Assembly (NCBI RefSeq): GCF_000315625.1
Contig: NW_005434558.1
Location: 122,262 to 186,261 of the forward strand
Source of the DNA: Guillardia theta CCMP2712
Taxonomy: Eukaryota; Protista; Cryptophyta
Length of the DNA stretch: 64,000 nucleotides
Direction of reading: 5' to 3'
Positions within the stretch are counted from its first letter, which is position 1; each line of letters opens with the position of its first letter. Below the pieces are notes generated by a model. That model was not told the DNA's origin, did no database searches, and saw only the letters and a program-made list of their open reading frames with translations. The position numbers and the translations under genes were made by a program. Below are positions 19,332 through 32,999 of this stretch, in pieces.

Positions 19332-20352
19332 ATGCACTCTTGGACTTTCCGACTCAACGCTCTGTTCACCTTCACCGTGACAGTTCTTGCCTTTCTGTCT
19401 GCCCTGAACGCGCTCTCGGTACGAACCTGCCGAACTCTTCGATCTTCAAGTCGTGATGCCCTGTGAGACTCATGGTATGTTGTCAGGTTGCCTTCTACAA
19501 GCCTGTTCCCGTCGCAACCATTGAAAATGTCAAGTTGAATCGCCTTCCTGGCTCAGGGTAAGGCTTCTCTATCGCTCCTCTTCCTCCAATCCTCTGCCAT
19601 TGACCCGGCAAAACAGTCCCAAGAGGCCGAATGCAGAAGCTCGAGTCATGTTCGACATGAGTGCAGATCTGCGATCCCTTTTCACGTGGAACACAAAGCT
19701 AGTCTTCCTCTACGTCACTGCCGAATACAGCACGGAGCTGAATCGCCTGAACCAAGTTGTCATCTGGGATTATGTGATTGAGAACGTCAAGGTGGGAGGG
19801 TCGTCTAGCTTCCAGCAAGTCTCCTTCTCACCCTTGGCGTTCAGGACGCTCAGCTGACTGTCGGAAAGTCACAAACTCTGCTGTTGCCCCGGCATCACAA
19901 CGAGTATCCTCTAGTTGATCAGGTGCGATTTGTTAATTGGTGGCGTTTTTCTTTCATCAATTTTCTTTTCCCGGTTTCCCGGTGAATTGTTGACCAATAT
20001 TTCTTGCATGGATTCGTGCCTAAGTCTAGCATGCTGTAGATATTCTCTCCTCTCCTCTGTTGATCGTGTTGCTGTTTCTTTTCGTGTCATGTACTCTTTG
20101 CAAGCCCGCCTGCTTCTTCCGCTCATCATCACGCTGACATCTGGAGCAGGGTCGAGGCATCCGAAGCTCTGCGGACAACGTCACTTTGTACCTCAACTGG
20201 TCGGATCTTCTTGTGCCTCAGGAAGGGAAGGGAAGTGACGGGCGAGCAGGTGTACCATGCCGGTTGTGGGCTTCATCTCTCGTCAGAGGGAGGGAAAGAC
20301 GGAGTTCAAGTTCCCCGAGACGTGGGAGAAACTTGCTGCTGCTTCCAAGTGA
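19332..20352 (+). CDS. SPCS3: signal peptidase complex subunit SPC22/23 (multi-exon)
   Basis: MHSWTFRLNALFTF..., ADLRSLFTWNTKLVFLYVTAEY...NQVVIWD, YPLVDQG, VTLYLNW-CTMPVVG are SPC22/23 family motifs. Confidence 0.92.
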
Positions 20353-20672
20353 TGTGGTGGGTGATGCAAGGAAGAATAAACTACAGCCTGATGATCACAA
20401 GCTTCGGAATCATCAATGGTCTTTCTTCTTTCATTTGTCGAGCAAACTGCTCTCTTTGTCCAAAGGTTGTAACTGGTTACCATTCAACGATTGCTTAGTT
20501 TGTTCGCGGCACAGTCTGTTTGAACCCGTGATGAAAGACACGAAATATGGGACATTAGCACTTGAATGTTGATGTATTGCAATCACTGGGGTATGGACAC
20601 AGTAGTTGAAGTTATGTTGACAAGATATTGGCCGTCTCATGAGGACGACATGTAAAGTTGAGCAGAGAAGAA

Positions 20673-21758
20673 TCACTGCAAGCTTGACTCGCAGACCATC
20701 TTCTGCTTGTTGGCGACGAGATTGCAAGCGCAGGCCTTGTTGACGCATTGAGTTTCGACCTGTTAACTTGAGTCAGAACCATCACCAGTGCAAGGGTCGA
20801 ACAGCAACAAGAGCAAAGACAACGACTCCCAACACGTTCAAGACAGGGGAGAGGAAAGACTGAGACGCATCTCTAAACTCACCACGTCCTCCGTCTTGCC
20901 GCTGACAAAGAGGATGTCACCGAAGTAGATGTTCTGGTAGGTCTGGCAGCGTGGGCACTGGACGGAGGTCACGAATGGCTTCTGGAAGAGGAGGAAGTTT
21001 GTGATGGCCCAGGTGAAGCCCGCGATGAAGGGAGAGTTGATGACCAGAGAGGTGAGGGGGTTGGGCGATCCTCCTTGCAGGGTGGTGAACCAGTAGGCGA
21101 GCTCCGACCACACGATGGTGACGACAATGAGGGCAGGGAAGTAGAGCACCGCGTTCTTGGTGGTGTCGGGGATGAGATCGGACTTGCACGTCTGTCCATC
21201 TACCTTGCAGGTCGGGACCTCGTGGATCACAGCACGGCTGTTCTGCTGCTTCAGCTTCCTTCGCAGCGAGTCGAACTCTTCGTCAGACATGATGGGCTTC
21301 CCCTCCTGGTATCGGTTCGCCGCGACCATGAATTTGACCTCCTCACGGCTCATCAGCCCCACGTAGCTTCCCTCGAAGGCCAAGTCTGACTTGAGCTTGT
21401 CGTACTCGGCATCTGAGAGGATCGACTTGCCGTCATTGTGGAAGGCGCTGGTGGCGTCGAGGTAGAGCTTCTCCTTGGCAGCGAGGGTCAGCTTGACAGG
21501 ATTTCCCTCCTTGTCCACTCCGAAGAACTCGCTCTCTCCCCCGAGCTCCTTCACCATGATATTGGAAGCGTCACTCCCGCTCTCCTGCATCCTCAGTGAC
21601 AGCGAGGCCTTGGGCCTGGAAGCCCTGAGTGCTCTGGACAAGGGCTGTACCGCTGCCCTTCCACCCATACGGGAGGGGAGGACAGAGGAGGGAGAGAAAG
21701 CGGAAGAGGAGGAAATGCCGGCAAGGGCAACAACTCCAGCTGCAACTTTGGCGTACAT
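20673..21758 (-). CDS. PGRL1: PGR5-like protein 1 (cyclic electron flow), plastid-targeted
   Basis: Leader MYAKVAAGVVALAGISSSSAF-SP. Repeated GKSILSDAEYDKLK / GKPIMSDEEFDSLR motifs, CxxDGQxC, two TM helices, CPRC, and a last exon with CVNKAC. Confidence 0.88.
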
Positions 21759-22879
21759 CTTCAAACGGTTGGAAAGTGTAGAAGTACCAGCGCCTGGCAC
21801 ACGAACCGTCACAAAAATGTTACGCGACTTGTTGGAGCATGAATGTGAAACTGGAAGTAAGAGTTGTGGTTGCTCCGCCATCACACAATCAGATGAAAAA
21901 ACAGATACGAGTGCAAGACACGCTCACTGCTGAAGAGAACAAATCGTGCTCGATCGACATTTCACCCACTTTTACAGCTGCCCGGGTAGAGGCACACGAG
22001 GGTTGTGAACACATCGAGACATCAGAACAATATCAGAAAGCAAAGAAACGAATGAGAACAGAACCGAACAAAACCAGATTGACCATGACCAATGTTCCAA
22101 CACTTGATCTCAATGCTGTCGTAGATCAAGTATTTGATGGGTTGAGTGAGACATCAAGATGAAAGTGGCAGGTAAAGACAAGGTTCAAGCAAGACATTGA
22201 TGTACTCAAGCACTTGAGCTGATGGCAAAGAGAATAATAAGTTGCTGTCAGAGGTCTATCCTGGTTGGTTTCAAACAAAAAGACAGAGGATCTGGACCAA
22301 GGACCAATGTCCCTAGGATCATTCCAGAGAACATATCCTTCCATCACTGGTTTTCACTCTAGGTGAGGGTAGACTATATTCTCGATACTGGCAACCCTGT
22401 CTAACTAAGAATGTTATCAGCACGATCTCCCTCCTCTTCCTCCTCTCGCTCCCCCCCCGCCCCAGCTTCCATGTTCTTTCGTCATTCGGCATAGACCCAG
22501 CGCACCACGCAACGACCCCCTTGGATAATAACCCCCACATACATACCCAATACCTACCTCCCTTTCGTTCGAACGATTCAATATAAAAATATTTTATATT
22601 TGAAATATATTTCTCAGATATTGAAACTTACTCGAAAGAAATCGTACAAAGCTCACAATAGGCGAGCCTACAAGATCTTGATTAATACTACCACCCCACC
22701 CCACCCCACCCATCAGCACCCACCCTTTGAAAAGCTGTGCACCCCGAAGGATGGAAGGAATGATGAGACTATCAAAATTATTTCAGTTAATAATTGTCAG
22801 TATAGCGGGTACTACCCCACCCCCATTTATGCTTTCGTCTTCATTGTAACTACCCCGTAAAATCTGCTGCGCCTGTGTC

Positions 22880-23400
22880 TTTACAGGACCTTTATATGTG
22901 GCGGGCCCAATCAGCCGCCGGCCGCCGGGTAGCGATGATCGCGGCATCCGATCTGATCGGATGCCGGCATGCCGCAGTGCGGCCGGAGACGCCCGGCCGG
23001 TACCGTCGGCGGCCGCCCGCGGCCGCCGGGGCCGGGCCCGGAGGGCCATCCGGTCCTGATCATCCGCCGGACGGCCCCGGACTGACGCGGCCGTCGGCGG
23101 CCCGGATCATCGGATGGGGCCTCAGCCTTCAAGTTCGGGCCTCCGACGGACTCGGGTCGGGCCGGCCCGGCGGGCGGGCCGCCACCGTCCGTCCGGGAGT
23201 CAAAGTGTGGCGCGGCACCGTGACTGGTCGCGTGACCAGGGCGGGGCGGCCCGGCCGGGCGCCGGGCACTCCGAGTCGGTCCGAGGCTCAGCGGGACTCC
23301 CGCCCGGCCGGCCCCCGGTGCCGTCAGCCCCGGGCCGGCGGCCCCACGGACCGGCGCCGCCGGCGTACGGGCCGTAACCGTTCAACGGCCGCCTCCTGGC
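22880..23400. other. very GC-rich intergenic block with CCGGGCCCGG / GACTCGG / CAGTGAC-type motifs
   Basis: Abrupt GC rise. The same motif vocabulary recurs at ~6850-7240, 14030-14160, 25660-26740, 33070-33150, 39970-40060, 45150-45240 and 58290-58440. Confidence 0.65.
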
Positions 23401-23432
23401 AAGCTGCTGCAGTTGGATTGCAATCAGGGAAT

Positions 23433-25615
23433 ATGAACGGAACAAGAAATACGATATATCCTTTAGATGATTCACCCGACGCTTCGCACACTGCTGAGAA
23501 CAGAAGACCTATAACCGAGCTCTGTAAAGACCAGGGTATTCCTGGAGCGCCCATTGCCCTTCCGCCCCTCAACTCAGGTAACAACACGCTAAACATGTCT
23601 GTTCTCGTCCTGTTTCGTCCTGACTTTAACTTGCTTCAGGAGGACAGCAAGACATTGCTGATCTATCGAACTTCGTCTCTTCAACCTTGAACCGTTACAA
23701 CCTGATGACATCCGCATGCATCAGTGCTTTGGCAAGAACGGAGTTGTCGTTGGAGGACTGCATGCAGAGGGAAGTGTTTCACCTCAAGAGCACCCCTTCC
23801 GACAGCATCTTCTTCACAGCGAAACCCTTCTCCAGCGGGTTGTCGAAGGCACCGTTGAGAGCCTACATCTTCCTGTGCACTTTATCGTTCGCTATCTCTG
23901 CCATCATGCTGTGTCAAGGCGTTGTCTATCCGCTTGTAGGATACGAAGGCCAGTCGTTCAACTGTAGCAGGCCCCGGTTCTGGAGGAGAATGGCATCCGA
24001 CGAGTTTCAACTGGAGGTGGAGAGTTTTGGGATTGCATGGGGAGATGGGCCACGGCTGTACGAGAAGAGTACAACTTTACACAGCTTCACGACTGCTAGC
24101 ACCTCCTTCAGCGTTGAAACCTACGGAGAACCTATGAAATTCAATGGGATTTATTTTATTCTGAAGGAGCCATTTCAAGGCGAACCATACATTTGGTCTG
24201 AATTTACACTGCACTACACAAGGGACAACATCACATTCACAAAGCAGAGTTGGCGAGGATGGATTGATATCATTGACAGCGCGCGCAGGATTGCACTTTT
24301 CCGGTGGGGCCCGGTAACAACAGTCAACATGGATTTTTTCTTGTGGATTTTTTGCTATACGATTGTTGCAATACTGTTTACATTTTCCATCGTCTTCATT
24401 CTGATCCAAAAGGAGCATTACGTAAAGCCTTTAGTGTTAGCCGGCATCGTCGTACTTATGATCATATCAATATGCGATGTTCCTGTCAGGGCAACCACAT
24501 GGCATATGGAGAACAATGTGGACGACATCGTATCAATTGTCCTGCAAGGGCTGATGGGCGCATTGCTTTTCATTCTTTTTCTTGCAATCTGGGCAGAAAA
24601 GAATCTACTATTGAGTATCATGCTCTATGGCTGCTGTAATATTGCGTCGAGTGCGGCAACGTATAAAGGGAAAGGAAGTTTTGACGTTCTCGCACTTTTG
24701 GGGTATGGCATCCTCCCCTGCTGTTTTGTGTTATATAATGTAATCAGAATGAGGCTTCTGACTACTTCAGCTCATCGGCTCATGAATGAAGACCTGGTCA
24801 AATACAATGACGTTTTCCTCTCGATGATAGAAGGATCAAGCTCATCAGATTTAACTGATCTAGAGAACACTTCAATCAAGATTCACCAAGAAATCTCAAC
24901 TACTTCCAAGCAAGCTAGGCAAATGTTGAATGTCAAAAATGTTCACGAAGTAGCGAAGCAATTGAAATTGCCTAATGCCAAAGCTGTCGAAGGACGTTTG
25001 AAATCATTTCTATCTCAGCAGCTCAGGCTTGGAAGCAAAAATGGAGAAGAGTTTGTACCACTGACCAACTTGGATTTTTTGTATACGCAGGCTTGCATGG
25101 TGTATCCGCTGATGAGAGAGGTGGTATTGGGGTGGGCAAAGGCTTCAGGGGGGGCTCTTAGCCATGGTGCACATGAAATCGAGGACTTGGAAGAGCACAT
25201 GTCAAATTCTAGCGAGCATCTTCTCGCACAAAGACTCAAAGCTCCGAGCAGAGCCATCGAGAAGGTGATACGTTGCTACGGAGGAGACGCCTCCTTTCTT
25301 TTGGACATCTGCAGAGAGTCGATTGTGTTCAGCGACACGGCAAGCCTTGTCAAGTGCCTGCAGATCATTCATGCAGATAGCAACGTCCGTATCTGCCGTA
25401 TCAAGAATCGATACTCTAGCAGCTTCAATGCGTACGAGACTGGAGGATACCGAGACGTGGCCTTGAACCTGCAGCTCAAGACAGGGGACGCTGAGCTTCT
25501 GGGGGTCGATCATCATACTTTCGAGCTGCTTCTGATCCATGAGCATTTCTATGCAATCAAGGACAAAGACGGGCATGAGCGATATGTGCGATGGAGGAAT
25601 ATGAGGGGGCGATGA
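23433..25615 (+). CDS. multi-pass membrane protein with C-terminal RelA/SpoT-synthetase-like nucleotidyltransferase domain
   Basis: Exon 23433-23577, intron 23578-23639, exon 23640-25615. About 6 hydrophobic helices, then RLKAPSRAIEK, DICRESIVF, IKNRY, GGYRDV, HTFELLL. Confidence 0.75.
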
Positions 25616-26759
25616 CAGTAAAATGATTGAATCACTCAAGGCTTCTGACTTCAATGACAAATCATGCCGGCCACCCGGACGGAGCCTCGGAGGCTACACT
25701 GAAGTAGTACCGTAGTACCACCGTCGCCAGTGGGCCGCGCCCCGGGCCCCCGGGGGGCGGGGGGCGCACAGGCTCACACTGAGCCGCCGCCGCGCTGTGA
25801 CTCTGCCACGGGGCCTGCTACTCGGCCCGGATCCGAGACGCCGTGGCCGGGCCATGGGCCGGGCGTACGGTCACGCTCGGAGTGTGACTCTGTCACGGTC
25901 GGACTGGGCCGACAGTACCGTACTGAGCCTCGGAGTACCGTGACCGCCGGTGCCCGGCCGTCCGTCTGCCACCGACTCACCCCGGCCGGCGGTGTGGCCG
26001 CCGGGGGCGGCCGGTCAGTGGCGTGGGTCGCAGCGGCCGGGGGGCCACGCGGCCGGCCCCGGCCGGGCGGCCGGGCCGGGCCGCCGGGGGCGGCGGCCAC
26101 CGTACTAGGCTATGATGCATGGCAGTGTGCGGCCCTGGCGGGCCCGGCTGCCACCCGGTCGGACTCGGACTCGCGCCGCCGGTGCCTGAGTGCAAGTTCA
26201 CATCCGATTTTACTCAGAATTTTACTTAACTACGCCGGTAACTTAAAGGCCCGCGCGCCGCCGGGCGTTCAGGGCGGGCCGCCCTAGTACGTGCGAGGAC
26301 AATCCGATCTCAGTGGAGACTCAGTCCCGGATCGAGGCCCCTGACTCGGACCCGGGAGGCTTGACGGGGCCGCCCGGCGGCCGCCGTGCCGGCCGGCGGC
26401 GCTGACCGTGACTCACGGTCCGATCGCGCGGCACTGCCGGGCCAAACGGCCGGGCGAGAACTTCGCTGGCAGCGCGCTGGACCATTCCCCCGCGCCATCT
26501 TATGCAGTGCCAGCAATAGTAACTGAGTCTATTGTGACTACCAGGCCGTCACGGTGGAGGGCCGACACGGTGGGTCGGAGCCGGGCGGGCCGGGCCGACC
26601 GACCGACCGGCGTACTCGGGCCGTACCGTACGCCGGTAGCCCGGTTTATGATTGTCTTCGCACTGATTTTTAACTTAACTTTGAGTAAAAGGATTTTTAA
26701 CTTTATGAGTGACGAAGAAGGTAGGTGACAGCGGAACTTGAAGTTCCGGCCCACAGTCA

Positions 26760-27560
26760 GAAAACCCAATTGGATGTTAAAAATACACCCAAAGGATAGG
26801 GTCAGAGTGAGAATCAATGACAATATCCTCCATATCGCTCCTTTTCGTTCAGTCGATCATGTACACATAGGGTCACAGCCGGTACGGTGGGGGGTAGTAC
26901 ACCAGAATGGGGAGGTGGGTAGTGACAACTCAAGGGGGCGGGGTACACTGGGTAAGGACATAAGGGACAGATATGAAACACGTGTGGGTACGACGGGCCT
27001 ATGCCAGTCAAATAGGAAGATGGGGGTACTCCAAATTTAAGGGTGGGTCCTTGAGGTGTTCATGGGGGTACGGGTACGATCGGGCGAGGCCGGTAACGTG
27101 GGGATACACGTGGAGGAGGTGTGTGTTGCAGCGGACAGGAAATGACCGGGTTCAAGGAGCGGGGCTGATGGGAGAGGTGGGGGTACGTCTAGACAAAAGC
27201 TTCACGAGAGCTAAAGCTAGGGAGGGTCAAAAGGATTGTTGTGTGGCTTATACGGGTGGTATGAAGGGGTTCAAAGGGGGTCCTTGGCCTTGATATGTTT
27301 ATGGGATAGTTCCTAGAGAAGGGGTGGGTAGTACAAAGGTAGCTGGGGACGGTAGGGTACTTCATCGGAAAACTCGGTTCGTCTCTTCTGGGATAGGAGG
27401 CTGGAGCAGGGTGGGTAGGACATATCCAAAGGATATGGAGGCGATTCTGAGAGGGAATAGAGGGGTCCTTGAAGGGTCTAGACACCGGGTAGAAAATACT
27501 TCCATTGATGGGTAAGGGTACAAAACAATTAGGTAAGGGTGGGTGGGTGTAAATTTGACC
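26760..27560. other. strand-biased GGGGTA/GGGTGGG-rich intergenic block
   Basis: Many ggggta/gggtac/gggtgg words. Complementary TACCCC(A)CCC-rich blocks occur at ~1150-1650, 22480-22860, 33240-33840, 40070-40540 and 44780-44940. Confidence 0.6.
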
Positions 27561-28164
27561 AAGACGTCGAGGAAGCGATGGCGAGTTGAAAGGCGGGAAA
27601 GATGGCAGAAAGAGCGAGTTAGACGAGAAGAATTCAAGCTCGAGGAAATGATGAAGGAGATGAAAATGCTTGCAGGACTATGTTGATCATGATTGAATAA
27701 CTAGGATGGCTATGTTTATGGTCACGATTACGACGATGATGGTGATGGTGATCTCACCTTCGAAGCGAATGAAGGAATTTGATGTTGCCGGTTTTGGAAC
27801 TAGGCTATGTCCAAAGATTGTATTAGAGCAAGAATCAAAATTTTTTATACCATCCTCTTCTTTTTTGTAATTCCTTTTGTACATGATAAATTTTTCACTG
27901 TTGTTGTGCGATGCAAGTCTCCTTGCACCAAAGTTGTTGATATTCGTTGGTTCCCCCCTCAAAGCTGTTTTGTTCTTTCCTCAAGCAACTCTTCAAACTT
28001 CGTTCTTCTCATGGCAGTTTAGGATCTACTACACTTGAATATATGCATTGTTTTTTCGTTCACATGAAACTTTTACTGTGCTTTTCATCAAATTTCTGAT
28101 CATCCGTGTCTACAGGAAAACGACAACCACATTAAGCTTATATTGAAAAATCTGAGAAAGCTCA

Positions 28165-28482
28165 ATGCCTGACCTTAAGGGCAAACCAAAGAACGAATTG
28201 GAAGAACTAAACAAGTTGTACGCGGAAGCAAAAGCGAGTGGGCGGGTAGTGGAGATCTCGAACAATCAATCTTTCAAGGTGGCTGGTGGCTCGACCGCGA
28301 GCAGCACCTCATCGAACGAACGTACTTCAGAAGAGAGGAACAGATCGCCGAGGGGGAATCAGCGCAAGGTCGGCTGCTTTTACTCTTTCTTTGGTTGTCA
28401 TCGGGGTCGTGTGGAGGACGAGGATAAGGTTGACTCGCGATATTCTCATACCTCATACGAGAAGGCCAGGCATTCAAGATAA
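28165..28482 (+). CDS. hypothetical protein (probably the last exon of a larger gene)
   Basis: Coding-like ORF (KPKNELEELNKLYAEAKASG) downstream of a pyrimidine-rich acceptor near 28115. Confidence 0.3.
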   Translation: MPDLKGKPKNELEELNKLYAEAKASGRVVEISNNQSFKVAGGSTASSTSSNERTSEERNRSPRGNQRKVGCFYSFFGCHRGRVEDEDKVDSRYSHTSYEKARHSR

Positions 28483-28999
28483 CACAGGGGCTGCCAGGAA
28501 TGGGGGGGGGATTGCTGATAAACCATAGGATGAGAAAGTAAGGACTGGAACTCTTGGGTGCGCGTTTACATCCAAGCATCTTTTACATTCAAGCATCTCG
28601 CACACGTGATAGAGTTTGCACTCAGTATCTTCTCAAGACTTTTCCTGCCGTTGCCCCTTACTTAGCTCATCTTTCTCTGTTCCACGGGCTCGCGAGTGCG
28701 CTAAGGTCCTTTTTCTTTCTATCAAGCAGGTCAGAACAAGGAGGTGAAGAATTGTATCATTTGCCTTGGTGGCTCTTGAATCATCGATTTATCTTGCACG
28801 TGTTTGAGCTGTACAAGATATCAAAAGGAATTCCATATATCACAGGCAGGTGGAAGAAAACCTGGCTCCGAAGAATATGAATCTCGTTGCTAAGTTGGCG
28901 TTTCGTTTCTTCCATAGTCTATCAAAGTGCTGTCAACAACTAGAGGTAGCAAAATGCGTTCTTGGTATGTAAATGTGTGTCAACTGGAAATTGCAATAC

Positions 29000-30930
29000 C
29001 TTGCATGTTTGCTTCTGTATCAACCTCTGTGCCTTCAGCTCATCTTTCAGTTCCTGCTTGATTTCAGATCGATTTCTTGAATGTTAGTCCTCCACCTGCA
29101 ATTCCATCTTCAATGCTGCGACAGTTCCATTGAGTTTGTTCTCCATCTCTGACAGCACTTTGGACTTGTCGTTAACATCCTCAGCTTCTTTTTTATCTGA
29201 GAATGTAATGTTTGTGAGAAAAGTATTGTCTGGTCACACGTCGTTACCCTTCTTTCCGCTCTCATTGATCTCCCGCTGGTGATCCAAAACGCGAGAAAAT
29301 CGCATCCTGCTACCCGTTGTTGCAGACCTTGGGGTTCCGGCCTGCAACAAAATTCAACCAGAGCTAGACGATAAGCTGGTTACTTGTCGCTTTTCGGATG
29401 TCAAGGGTGCAGATGGCTTTTCAAGCATGTCCAGTCCACCAAACGATTCCGACAACCTGGATTCCTGTGACATTGCCAGCACTTTATTGGCCGCCATTGG
29501 CGGATCTTGAGAGCTAGCTTCTGCAACGCAGATCTTGGACTTGCGATTTTCTTTCATCAGTGAACTAGTCATAACAGCTTTCATTCTCACCTGTAGGCTC
29601 TGTGGTGGTATCAAGGACGCTGATCCCTGGAGGAAACAAGCTAAGCGACCTCCAAACAGTTGGCGAGATAGTCACATTCAGATGTTCTGCATGCGTTTTG
29701 CCAAGAAAGCTCGAGTCGTTCACTGCAGGAGATGACACTAGTTAAGAGTCTGCAGCAAGCACAGGGGCACCCTTTACCTAGAAAGCTTGGAAAGCTCGAC
29801 AATTCTTCGTCGGAGTCGTCTGAATCGAACATCATGGATCGCCTCATTTCTAGTTCCACTTCTTCTCGTCTGGGAGTCAAAAATGGAGACTTTGAAACAC
29901 TCTTGTTGACGTCTTCCGCTTTCTCGGTATCGTCCTACAGACATTGAGCGCGCTGTTTACTTTCAAGAAATCAACAGAAACCTGATCTCCCCTGCGAGAA
30001 GAAAACTGGATTGCAATCTTTTTATGATGATCTTCAATGGTCTCAACTGGAAGATGCAGGTGTTGTTTCGATGCATCTTTCTTATCTTGAATGTCATCAG
30101 CTTTCATTGTTCCGGTAAGCGGGCTCGTGGGGAGACAATACCTTGTTTAACAATGGGGGGTTTGTTTGCACTGTATCGCTTGGTGTTTCTTGATGCCAAA
30201 CTGTCAGGTGCCTGTTGCAAAATGATCAACACAAGCCCGAGAACTATCTTAAAGCTGTTACGGTCGTTAGCGGCTTATGATCCTTGCTCTCTTCATCGCT
30301 GTCACTGTCAATCCTCCAGTTCATCTTTTTAGCAGACGTTGGCTGCACGTCATGGGATCAGAAGTGTTTTTCCAGCATGGGCACGATTGTACAATCTGTC
30401 CTTCAAAGTGAAAGTTCACATTTCTCATCATCAATTGTTCACATGAATGCAGGCACTGCAAGGTAACATATTCACCGTACAAACAGGTTGCAGGTTCGTC
30501 CTCATAGTATACAGCAAAGCTTTTCACGAATTTGCAAACCATTGCTACTTCACGATTCACTTCTCACCATCGTGTCTTGCGCCGATAAGTAGTCAATAGG
30601 GAATAGGCTTCTGTGAAGGAAGTTCGTACCGCCTGACGCACAAAGAAAATTATTCTTCAAGAGAGAAACGGATGAATTTTGAGCTACTCTACAGCTCAAT
30701 GACATCATTCTATCAGAAGCATCTGAAGCAGGAGCACAAATACAGGTTGACTGAATTTGACTACATGGATTAAGCAAGAAGGCAAGAAGCATGCAGCACG
30801 TCAAGCCGTATGACGTGAAGCTTGAATTTATCATGTCAATGCTCAAAACAATCAAGAATGATCCGTGTGAGATCACAGGAGTAGAGAATCAGAGATCGAA
30901 AGCATGACTGATGTACTTGGCCTGCCTGTG
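29000..30930 (-). CDS. multi-exon hypothetical protein with acidic and coiled-coil segments
   Basis: Series of minus-strand coding-like fragments (FDSDDSDEELS; MENKLNGTVAALKMELQ) bounded by splice sites. Limits are approximate. Confidence 0.35.
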
Positions 30931-32179
30931 TGGTTACCCTAGCGCTGGCTATGCTGTCGCCCGGTGACAAAAGTGCGATAGCAGTATCAAAATGTTGCCG
31001 AGGAATTCAGAATAGAGAGCACATCAGATAAATCGGCTCAGTCAGCGGGCAGATGTAGTGGGAGGCCGAGGAGCAGCTCGGAGGGAAGAGGGAGCAGGAG
31101 GGAGCAGGAGGAGGAGCATCGCAACAGGCTATAGGTCAGTTCTTCCCCGCGCTGCTACTGCTGCTCTGAGCGTCATTTTCCGAGTCCGAGGCCCTAAAAG
31201 GGATCAGTTCCTACCGTGCGGTACCGGGTATCCGCTAGTATGCGTACCAGCCTGGTATCAATCAGTTGCTCAATGTTAAGTTAAATTATACAGAGGACTT
31301 TAGCCGTACCGGCCTCGGGAGTCGTTGAGTCATCATGGGCCGATCTGATTCAAGGCTTCAATTCAATTCGAAATCCAATCACTGAAGGCACTGCCGTCAC
31401 TGAGTCATGGTTGGAGTGACTGGGGTGAGTGTTGAAGCGGCTCTCTATGCACAGCGGCAAAGGCAAGTGAAGCAGTGACTCCGTGTGACACCGGGGCAGT
31501 CTGGCAGTGACTGGCCATCATGGCAGCATCCAGTGGCCGTGTGTGAAGTTCTGAACTTAGCGACTGCTCGTGTTGCTGTTCCAACACGATTGTTCGAGGC
31601 ATTACTTGCCTCCAAACTTCCCCTCAGTCCTCAGGCTCTCCAGCAGCCTATCATGATGCTTGCAGTCTGCCATGCAGATGATTATGAACAAAGAAACATA
31701 CCTTCATCATCAGCGCAACATGCAAGATGGAACAAGTTTAAAATAAAGTCACATCTCGATGTTTAGTTCCATGTGAGCATTCTGAACCATGTACTTTGGT
31801 ACTGAGGTGTCATGGCAACACTTTCTGACTACTTGCAATTGATCTCCCTGAAAAATATTTGATTCGGCTTGCAACACTACTTGGAATTAAGTCCATGGAA
31901 GTTTTTCAATCATCTTGTGTAATCTGTGGAATCTGTTTGGAATGAACCTCCATGAATTTCAATTTCCCACGGTTGATTGAGGACTCCGGTGGGGAAAATG
32001 AAGAATGTTCGGTATTTGTATTTCTTTGCGATTTTAATTGCCAACTTTCAAAGAGCAGACATGTCAATATCATCAAGAGGAAATTCTGCTACAGCAAGGC
32101 CGATAGGTATCGCACAGAAAACACGCATACAAAGTTACAAGATCCAACAAGGGAAGGAAAACATGACCTTCATACTCAC

Positions 32180-32999
32180 TCTGTAATCACAAGAGATTCA
32201 ACACCCAAAGGAGCTCCCACATCTCGAAGCTCTTCGTCACCTCGCTGTACATGAAGCACATGGCGACTCCATTCGGAGCACACTCGTGTCCGTACTGGCA
32301 CAGTCACGTCTCTCTCACTCCTTGCTCCATCGAGCCCTCCTGCTCAGAACCTGCCCGAATGGGTCGCGAGCTCATGCACAATCTTCGCCGCCAGGACACA
32401 CTTCTCCTTCCTCGGCCTGCAGGACCAAGACCGTCGGATTGCGGGCAAGATTGCATCCGCTTGTGCCATTGCTGGTCCCCGTCACGCGTCGAGCCATGTG
32501 GTACATCCGGCCCGCCTCCTTGGTTCGGCAGTGCCAGCTCAGCCGGACTCGGGAACTGGCCAGCTCAAGGTACTCTCTGCTCTTGCACTGCTCGACGTTT
32601 TTGTGTCAACGTTACCTTGACTGTACACGATGTCGAAGCAGAGCTCACAATTGCGGAGATTGCTGATGGAGATGTTGAGCGGAATGCGCGGCCGGAAAAA
32701 ACGGGGTTCGAGCAGTCGTAGGTCATGTCGTTCACGGTAGAGCAGTCAGCAGAGCACGCATGAATCGACAGGAGTTTGAGCACAGAGGGCTGCTGTTGAA
32801 GCTGTCAAGACACTTGTCCTGACAGCAGTCCCCGACTCAGTGACTCGGAACTTATGGCAGACCTCGTCCAACCAGCAGGTGCTGCGCCCAGCACTGTCGG
32901 ACGGTCTCTGCAGGTCTGAGAGCCTGGTTGCAAAAACCGAAGTTGAGAAGCAGTGCAGAGTGAAAACGAGCAGCTGGTCACTGCGCACGCTACCAGCAT
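32180..32999 (-). CDS. hypothetical Cys-containing protein (multi-exon, frame unresolved)
   Basis: GC-rich coding-like segments with splice signals. The model could not be closed unambiguously. Confidence 0.25.

Noticed and set aside
22783-23475. Overlapping R/P/G/A-rich ORFs here and at 25730-26728
   Set aside because: These are stop-poor artefacts of very GC-rich intergenic blocks.
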